Shown: one piece after another, positions 1 to 5,611 of the stretch | Position numbering within the stretch: the first letter of the stretch is position 1 | Layout of the letters: every line of letters begins with the position of its first letter | NCBI GenBank assembly: GCA_051294375.1 | Contig: JBJCIZ010001377.1 | Coordinates: 1-5,611, forward strand | Direction: 5' to 3' | Source of the DNA: Paraspadella gotoi | Taxonomy: Eukaryota; Animalia; Chaetognatha | Length of the DNA: 5,611 nt | Made by a program: the position numbers and the translations under genes | Notes under the pieces: generated by a model | Told to the model about the DNA's origin: nothing | Seen by the model: the letters and a program-made list of their open reading frames with translations, nothing else | Databases searched by the model: none

Positions 1-102
1 GAGAGTTTCTCAAAACTTTATCTACTAAGAAACAATTGAGAATATGCTACGAAATCAACAAAATAAACTACATAACAGTAAATAGTCCAATCAGCATTTA
101 AA
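1..102 (+). other. A-rich leader, probable (partial) 5' UTR of the element
   Basis: A-rich sequence directly upstream of the ORF1 ATG, with a strand bias like the element body. The true 5' end or internal promoter cannot be located. Confidence 0.45.
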
Positions 103-2166
103 ATGCCAATTGGCAATCTGACGAAATCAAATGTTTTAGAAACAAAAAATTCGATAAGCTCGAATCTCGAGTGTCACGATCCAAAGCAGAATGACCAGTT
201 AACATGTGGTTTTAATAAAGAAGAAGACTTCGAAAAGTTTTTGAACAACCTTAACACCGAAGAACGTGCAAAATTTAAAGGTATACTAGACAGAAATGAA
301 ATTCTGATAAACGAAGCAAATGTATTAAGTCCTAGACTCCAACAAAACCAACAGGAATCGCCTGCTAAGCGACAGAAGCGAAGTTTTGATCAACGGAACG
401 AGTCCGAACAGGTCGCAAACACACCGAGGAGCGACACGAGGAGTCCAAGGAACTCGATAAGAGGAGCCACGGGCCAAAAAGAAAGCCCAAGAAGTCCAAA
501 GTTCAGTAAAGAAGGTACGCAAAGAAAGATGGCAATTTTAGTAAGTAATTCAATAAGTGATGAAATCAAGAAGAATCGTAAAACGCTAATGAATATTCTT
601 GAAACAAGTATTCCAGTGGGAACGGCTTTAGACGAGTTTAAAGTTACACAAAAAGGGGAGTTAGTACTATTTGGAGCTTCTCCCAAAGATAATAACACTT
701 TACTAAATATAGAGAAATGGTCTAAAAACGAATACAATTTCGTTCCCAGATTAAGCGACGCAAATTCGGCGGAACAATGCGTGGTCATCCGTGGTGTCGA
801 GCCAGAAGTAACTGAAGACGAGATCGACCTCAAGTTGAGAAAAGACGATTACTCACCTTCCGGAGTCAAACGCATCAGAGTCGGTAAAGATCAAGTCGCA
901 ACTTGGAGTGTAAAAGTCATCCTGCGATCAAATAAAGAAAAAGACAGGTTAATGAACGAAGGTTTCAAATTATACTTTAAAAATCATAAGGTTGAAGATT
1001 TTAAACGCATACCCATTTCCCAATGCTATAGATGTCTGAAGATTGGTCACCTCAGCTTCGAGTGCAAAGAGACTAAAGACACCTGCTCCAGATGCGCTCA
1101 AGAACACAGGTTGAAAGACTGTATCGCCACGGAAGAAGACATCAAGTGTGCAAATTGCAGCCAAAAACATCCGGCAACGTACAAAGGTTGTCAATATATT
1201 AGAACAAGTATGAATAAAATGAGACAAGAGAATGTACAAAAACAACCGACGGCTAATAGTACATTCCGTCCACAGGCAAACTCTCTCTACTCCGAAGTCC
1301 TAAAGAACAACGCGAGACAAGTCCCTGAAACTTCAAATAGCGACACAATTGAAAATGCCTTGTGGATAGTCCTGGAAATCGTCGTCAAGACTCTGCTAGA
1401 CTGTGGAATATTAAAAGACGGATTTCAGAAAAGCCTGGTGAGAAACATTACGGAGGTTGTCATGGCAAAGCCAAACATAAAAATAAGTTCGGAAGATTTG
1501 AAAAATAGAGCAGAAAAAATCGGGTTGAAGGAAAGTAATAATGTGAGAAGTATCAAAGGTTTCTTACAAAGTCAGACTCCACGAAGTCAGAACATTGGCG
1601 ATATAACAAGTTTGCCCGAAATTCTGCAGGAGGGATGCCAACCAAATACTCGGACACCTACAGCTGCGCGTCCATCCTGTGAAGAGCAAACCAATACTAG
1701 CGAAAATCATCCGGAAATATGTGGCGGAGACAAGGAGACGCCGAAAGAGTCTCAAACTACAACCGACCAATCGACAGCTCAAACGGACAAAGATCAATCA
1801 CAGATGTATGGTTACGAGCAAGTGTCATGGGATACCCAATGCCAGGGCTACCTACCAACCTATCTCCCACAACCAACTTGGGGACTCTCGCGTCCAGTCC
1901 CCGTATGTATCGATCAGAACCTTCAACAACAGCAGCAAGGCCCGCTTCTCCAAGCTCCACAGGCCATAACGCAGAACGTCACAGATATCAGTCGTCAGGG
2001 GGTACCATCACAGATCCCTATGACAACCCAGTGGATAAACCAAGGTCAAAGATATCCAGTTCAAACTGGAGGAGGAAGTCTGAGTCAAGTGCAGTTTATA
2101 CAAGGCCACCCGCTACAGATACAAAATGCAGGAGCGCATCTTTCACAGAACAGAAATGGCATCTGA
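103..2166 (+). CDS. ORF1p, gag-like nucleic-acid-binding protein (RRM-like region + 3 CCHC zinc knuckles + Q-rich tail), 687 aa
   Basis: Long ORF from ATG 103 (aaaATG) to TGA 2164-2166. Contains CYRCLKIGHLSFEC, CSRCAQEHRLKDC and CANCSQKHPATYKGC, preceded by a VVIRGV...KV segment typical of LINE ORF1 RRM-like regions. Lies directly upstream of an APE-RT ORF. Confidence 0.93.
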   Translation: MPIGNLTKSNVLETKNSISSNLECHDPKQNDQLTCGFNKEEDFEKFLNNLNTEERAKFKGILDRNEILINEANVLSPRLQQNQQESPAKRQKRSFDQRNESEQVANTPRSDTRSPRNSIRGATGQKESPRSPKFSKEGTQRKMAILVSNSISDEIKKNRKTLMNILETSIPVGTALDEFKVTQKGELVLFGASPKDNNTLLNIEKWSKNEYNFVPRLSDANSAEQCVVIRGVEPEVTEDEIDLKLRKDDYSPSGVKRIRVGKDQVATWSVKVILRSNKEKDRLMNEGFKLYFKNHKVEDFKRIPISQCYRCLKIGHLSFECKETKDTCSRCAQEHRLKDCIATEEDIKCANCSQKHPATYKGCQYIRTSMNKMRQENVQKQPTANSTFRPQANSLYSEVLKNNARQVPETSNSDTIENALWIVLEIVVKTLLDCGILKDGFQKSLVRNITEVVMAKPNIKISSEDLKNRAEKIGLKESNNVRSIKGFLQSQTPRSQNIGDITSLPEILQEGCQPNTRTPTAARPSCEEQTNTSENHPEICGGDKETPKESQTTTDQSTAQTDKDQSQMYGYEQVSWDTQCQGYLPTYLPQPTWGLSRPVPVCIDQNLQQQQQGPLLQAPQAITQNVTDISRQGVPSQIPMTTQWINQGQRYPVQTGGGSLSQVQFIQGHPLQIQNAGAHLSQNRNGI
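778..1008 (+). other. ORF1p RRM-like (pre-C2HC) domain
   Basis: CVVIRGVEPEVTEDEIDLKL...GVKRIR...SVKVIL...GFKLYFKNHKVEDFK matches the beta/alpha pattern found just before the knuckles in Jockey/I/R1 ORF1 proteins (by eye). Confidence 0.7.
1024..1191 (+). other. Three CCHC zinc knuckles of ORF1p
   Basis: CX2CX4HX4C (1024-1065), CX2CX3HX4C (1084-1122), CX2CX3HX6C (1147-1191): the classic triplet spacing of Jockey/I/R1-type ORF1. Confidence 0.95.
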
Positions 2167-4930
2167 AAATAAAAGCATCAGTATTGTGCAGGTAAACGCA
2201 AATTCAGCATTGCCACGAAAAACTGAGTTAACCGGTTTAATACTAAAGATAAATAAGAAATTAAATAATCTTATAGCACCAATATTACTGATAAACGACA
2301 CTAGGCTTAAAAAAGAAGATAACTACGTGGTGAAGGGATACATTACAATTAAACGTGATCACCCATCAAATTCGCGAGGACCTGGGGGGGTATTAATATT
2401 GTTACCAAAAGAGTACACAGTAATTGAGACATACCTAAGTAAAGACAATGAATCCGAACACATAATAACATGCATTGAACATAGCAACACAGGAAGACTC
2501 ATTTTAGCGACAGTTTATGCACATCCAGGTCAAAAAGTCTCTAAAATTTTTTTAAAAAGGACTGTAGAACTTGCAAATAAATATAATAACGCACCATTAT
2601 TAATAATGGGCGATATAAATGCCAAATTGAGCAGTTTAGAGAAGGAATCAAATACAGAGGGTAAACACCTTGAAAAACTCTTAGATGAGCTAAATTTAGA
2701 ATGCATCAATACAGGTGATCCAACGTATTACAGCTTCTCGAACAACTCAACTGCCTCATTAGATCTAAGCATCGGTAATGATAAATTGCTTCGTAGACTA
2801 CAGCAATGGAAAACGCTTGATCCAATTCAAAGCGATCACCTGCCAACAGAAGTGGTCCTGGAAGCACGAGGAAATAGAGTAAATTTTAGGATGACCTTGA
2901 AGATAAATTGGGAACATTTCCGAGATAAACTAGAACAGGCCTTCGAATCACTGCCTTCAGTGAGTGAGAATATGCCAAATGAAGATATTGAAAAATGGGC
3001 AGAATCCTTTTCGAATATTGTTAGCCAAACCGCAGCTACGTCGTCAAGACAACATAAAATTATGTTAAAGGGTGAAGTAAAATTGTCAAAGGAAAGCAAA
3101 GTGTTGTTGAATCTCAAGCGCAAAATTCATAATTGGCGGAGAAGGCATAACGACATGAACACTTTTAATAAAGAGATATTAAGGAAAATCTACAACCAAG
3201 TCAGCTCTGAATTGAAAAAATCACTGAAGAATGACTCAGAAATACATTATGAAAAAAGGGTGAGTGAGATGGCACTCACAAATGACGCCAACAAAAAATG
3301 GAGGATATATAAGGACATCGCCAACATGAACACGGCGGAATGTAGTCTTCCTCCACTGGAGAGGGGAGATGGATCAAAGGCAATCTCGGCGGAAGAACGT
3401 GCAAAAGTACATGCAAGAAGGCTAAAGAAGATCTACAATCCGGATATCGACCCAACGTACGATGAAAACTGGCAAAAAATAGTTGACGAAACCTGCGAAA
3501 GAGAAAAAGGAAAACTGACATCTCTATCACACCAAAGTGAAAGAACAGATAGAAGAGAAGAGGATTTTAACTTGAACGACTTGAAAGCGGCCTTGGGAGC
3601 CTGCAAAAATAAATCCGCAGCAGGCGAGGATGGAGTAACCTACCTAATGATAAAAAATGTTCCGCAGAAGTGTGCAGAACAACTTCTTCAGATTTACAAC
3701 TTATGTTGGTCTCGTGGAGTCTACCCTCTGCATTGGAAAAGGGCAAAATTAATAACCATTCCAAAGAAAGGTAAAGATCTCACAAAATCAAAAAGTCATA
3801 GACCCATTAGCCTATTGTCCTGCGTTGGCAAAGTATTTGAGAGATTAATAAAACCTAAGCTCATAGGAGAACTAGACAGGCTCTGCATGAGAAATAAATA
3901 CCAGAGCGGCTATAAAAAAAACCGTAGTCCACAAGATCACTTATTTCGTCTAACTGAAACTACATATCAGGCATTTAAAGAAAAAAAGTGCGTGCTGGGG
4001 CTGTTCTTGGATGTTGAACTGGCCTTTGACCACCTGTGGTGGAACGGTTTGAGATACAAGCTGCTCCAAAAAGATTTCAGCCCTCAAATCTTACGGATCA
4101 TAAGTAATTTCTTGAAAGATAGATCGATTAAAGTCTTTGATGGGAAAAGCAGTGCTGAGCCCTTTAACATAACCACTGGTACTCCACAAGGTGGCATAAT
4201 TAGTCCGGATCTCTTCAATATCCATACAGATGACGTCTTTGAGCTGGCACGAGAGATCTCACCTGCTCAATTCGCGGATGACCAGGCAGCCTGGATCGTT
4301 GCCGAAAATCCTTTAAGAGGGAAAATAAAGATGGAACGTCTGACCAAGACACTGGAGGATTGGTGTCGAAAGTGGAGATTAAAGCTAGCGCCACACAAAT
4401 CGAATCTGGTTGTATTCAGTCGACTACAAAGACATTTAAACGAGAATGTGTGTATAAATTTATTAGGTACACCAGTTTCGGTAGTACAATCCGTTACTTT
4501 TCTGGGGGTCAGATTTGACCAAAAACTGCTCTGGAAAGAATACATTAATGAAACCATGACGAAGGCGAATCAAAGACTGGGTGTTCTACGTAGAATAAGA
4601 AACCTAAACCCAAACCATCCACGATTAATACATAATCTATATAACGTTATGATAAGAACCTTATTCGAATACGGATCAACGAGTTATATCCCCATGTCAG
4701 AAGTTCATTGGAACAAATTAGAAAAAATACATACACAATCTCTGAGAGTTGCTTATAACATCCCAAAGTACGTGGCAAATCATCGAGTCTTAGACTCGAG
4801 TGGGGAACAGCCGATTAAGATGCATTTAAAGAAATTCGCCTTAAAAAGATTAATTAATATGTACTCAAAAGTCAATATTGTTAAAGACACTATTCATCAA
4901 TATGAAGATAAAATTAGAGTGGGAAACTAG
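2126..4930 (+). CDS. ORF2p, APE-like endonuclease / reverse transcriptase, 934 aa (924 aa if the second ATG at 2156 is used)
   Basis: EN motifs IVQVNANS, INDT, GGVLIL, VYAHP, GDINA, PTY, SLDL, SDHLP. RT motifs AAGEDG, IPKKGK, RPISLLSCVGKVFERLI, QSGY, FLDVELAFD, GTPQGGIISPDLFNI, QFADD, FLGVRFD. Stop TAG at 4928-4930. Confidence 0.96.
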   Translation: MQERIFHRTEMASENKSISIVQVNANSALPRKTELTGLILKINKKLNNLIAPILLINDTRLKKEDNYVVKGYITIKRDHPSNSRGPGGVLILLPKEYTVIETYLSKDNESEHIITCIEHSNTGRLILATVYAHPGQKVSKIFLKRTVELANKYNNAPLLIMGDINAKLSSLEKESNTEGKHLEKLLDELNLECINTGDPTYYSFSNNSTASLDLSIGNDKLLRRLQQWKTLDPIQSDHLPTEVVLEARGNRVNFRMTLKINWEHFRDKLEQAFESLPSVSENMPNEDIEKWAESFSNIVSQTAATSSRQHKIMLKGEVKLSKESKVLLNLKRKIHNWRRRHNDMNTFNKEILRKIYNQVSSELKKSLKNDSEIHYEKRVSEMALTNDANKKWRIYKDIANMNTAECSLPPLERGDGSKAISAEERAKVHARRLKKIYNPDIDPTYDENWQKIVDETCEREKGKLTSLSHQSERTDRREEDFNLNDLKAALGACKNKSAAGEDGVTYLMIKNVPQKCAEQLLQIYNLCWSRGVYPLHWKRAKLITIPKKGKDLTKSKSHRPISLLSCVGKVFERLIKPKLIGELDRLCMRNKYQSGYKKNRSPQDHLFRLTETTYQAFKEKKCVLGLFLDVELAFDHLWWNGLRYKLLQKDFSPQILRIISNFLKDRSIKVFDGKSSAEPFNITTGTPQGGIISPDLFNIHTDDVFELAREISPAQFADDQAAWIVAENPLRGKIKMERLTKTLEDWCRKWRLKLAPHKSNLVVFSRLQRHLNENVCINLLGTPVSVVQSVTFLGVRFDQKLLWKEYINETMTKANQRLGVLRRIRNLNPNHPRLIHNLYNVMIRTLFEYGSTSYIPMSEVHWNKLEKIHTQSLRVAYNIPKYVANHRVLDSSGEQPIKMHLKKFALKRLINMYSKVNIVKDTIHQYEDKIRVGN
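2174..2860 (+). other. Apurinic/apyrimidinic-like (EEP family) endonuclease domain of ORF2p
   Basis: Ordered motifs QVN, NDT (2294-2302), Y of VYAHP, GDINA (2609-2623), LD and SDH (2831-2839). Confidence 0.92.
3560..4550 (+). other. Non-LTR reverse transcriptase domain of ORF2p
   Basis: Domain 0 (KSAAGEDG), RPISLL, FLDVELAFD (4004-4030), GTPQGG (4178-4195), FADD (4271-4282) and FLG, in correct order and spacing. Confidence 0.96.
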
Positions 4931-5340
4931 CAAAAGCGTCCTCAAGGCGAATTGGCCCTGGTTCCGTTAACAAAGACAGTTGCAGACTCGAACTTAAGTA
5001 CTCAGTGTGAACCGAAACGCAAAAGCAATTCACAACAATACTCACGCCAAGATATACGAGGAAACCTACTCGGGAAAGCGGGTTTCAACCTCCAAATTTC
5101 AAGACTGTGGGAAAGTGCAACAAAAGGGGGAGTAAAGCTAAGGAGTCGAAGCAGACGGCGCCTCACGCAGATTCATTCGGCGATGAGCCGAGCAGTCGGC
5201 CCGGAAGATCGATCGTGCCTAAACTTCTTCATTGTGCAAATTTCCTATCTTTACAAAATACAACCCTCTAATCTTAAATTAAGACGAGTTAAACACTATA
5301 AAGTAAATTTTGTTGTAGCGTATTAAAGTTAATACGTTAA
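4931..5340 (+). other. Probable 3' UTR (or readthrough extension) of the element, with several inverted repeats
   Basis: Follows the ORF2 stop. 4931-5220 is visibly GC-richer than the sequence after 5220 and has several stems. The 3' limit is not defined. Confidence 0.5.
5316..5339. repeat. Inverted repeat / hairpin TAGCGTATTAA-AG-TTAATACGTTA
   Basis: Perfect 8-bp arms CGTATTAA (5319-5326) and TTAATACG (5329-5336), extendable to 5316/5339 with one G-U pair. Overlaps an ATTAAA at 5322-5327. Confidence 0.7.
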
Positions 5341-5499
5341 TTGCGGATTCGCGTCATTGAAGTAAATTCCGTTATGTGGCATTAGAAATATTCAATTTAA
5401 CCTTTTTTCTACTTACGAGACATTGCGGTTTAATGCTGTTTTCCAGGCAGTTAACGTTATCGAGTCAGTAACGTCAGTGGGTGGCGATACCGTGTAGTT

Positions 5500-5505
5500 A
5501 ATAAA
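5500..5505 (+). promoter_or_regulatory. Candidate polyadenylation signal AATAAA
   Basis: Exact hexamer downstream of ORF2, but in AT-rich sequence and not followed by a poly(A) tail. Confidence 0.2.
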
Positions 5506-5611
5506 AATTTGGATTTAAAAACCGCGTAGCTTCGAACTACTCGTTACTAACATATTTGGTTACGGAATATTACGGTTATATTAGTGTTGACTTTAAAAAC
5601 AATCGGTACGC

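Larger units (their letters stand above)
1..5340 (+). mobile_element. Non-LTR retrotransposon (LINE), APE-RT type with CCHC ORF1; Jockey-clade/I-group-like; both boundaries uncertain
   Basis: Tandem uninterrupted ORF1 (three zinc knuckles) and ORF2 (APE + non-LTR RT). Jockey-like signatures include ERAKVHARRLKKIYNP (cf. EKAxxFAxxLxxxFxP) and FLDVELAFDHLWWNGLRYKL (cf. FLDVxKAFDxVWHxGLLYKL). No RNase H, LTRs or integrase. Ends are approximate because no tail or TSD is seen. Confidence 0.93.

Noticed and set aside
58-65. ACAAAATA shared with 5253-5260 as a possible target-site duplication
   Set aside because: An 8-nt A-rich match is expected by chance and has no adjacent tail to support it.
424-452. 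Minus-strand GAC-TCCTCGT-GTC-GCTCCTC-GG resembling the P3/L3/P1'/P1.1 core of an HDV-like ribozyme
   Set aside because: No matching P1 5' strand (GAGGAGC-like) or P2' partner found nearby on the minus strand. It is antisense, inside ORF1, and explained by the repeated PRS/TRS codons.
325-1960. Antisense ORFs within ORF1 (325..522, 390..833, 970..1245, 1564..1797, 1757..1960) and + strand 1679..1969
   Set aside because: Short shadow ORFs of a long coding frame with no recognisable motifs.
3560-4550. Bacterial RT system (group II intron, retron, DGR, CRISPR-RT) or LTR/Penelope element
   Set aside because: The RT is fused to an APE endonuclease and preceded by a CCHC ORF1, which is diagnostic of non-LTR retrotransposons. 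No integrase, protease, GIY-YIG, repeat array or TR/VR pair is seen.
2836-4557. Antisense ORFs within ORF2 (2836..3123, 3276..3530, 3567..3764, 4267..4557)
   Set aside because: Under 100 aa, F/L/S-rich as expected from the complement of an A-rich coding strand, no motifs.
4560-4930. RNase H or CCHC domain at the ORF2 C-terminus
   Set aside because: No YTDGS-like motif or CCHC pattern. The region looks like the ordinary thumb/C-terminal helical segment.
4985-5049. Minus-strand Pol III box A-like (TGGCGTGAGT) and box B-like (GTTCGAGTC) pair suggesting a tRNA or SINE
   Set aside because: Box A spacing is off, the T-arm does not pair, and no cloverleaf or acceptor stem can be built.
4952-5326. 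Independent 124-aa gene
   Set aside because: Starts at TTG in a eukaryotic-type element and has no domain signature. Only considered as an in-frame continuation of ORF2.
5401-5446. Pyrimidine tracts and TTTTCCAG resembling a host 3' splice acceptor
   Set aside because: No donor or exon evidence in the window, and the motif is common in AT-rich DNA.

Overview
Most of the window is one apparently intact, + strand, two-ORF non-LTR retrotransposon (LINE) of eukaryotic type, most like the Jockey clade/I group. ORF1 (103..2166) is gag-like, with an RRM-like region, three CCHC zinc knuckles and a long Q/P/T-rich C-terminal tail. ORF2 (2126..4930) encodes an APE-type endonuclease plus reverse transcriptase (FADD), with no recognisable RNase H or C-terminal CCHC. 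The ORFs overlap in a +1 arrangement. The oddest spot is the ORF2 stop, G GGA AAC TAG CAA: a canonical -1 slippery heptamer runs straight into a TAG in a readthrough-like context, and the same frame then stays open for 131 more codons across a GC-richer, structure-prone 3' region. The endonuclease has Asp in place of the usual metal-binding Glu. No poly(A) or tandem tail and no target-site duplication are visible, so element boundaries and host cannot be determined. All assignments come from motif reading by eye, not database searches.
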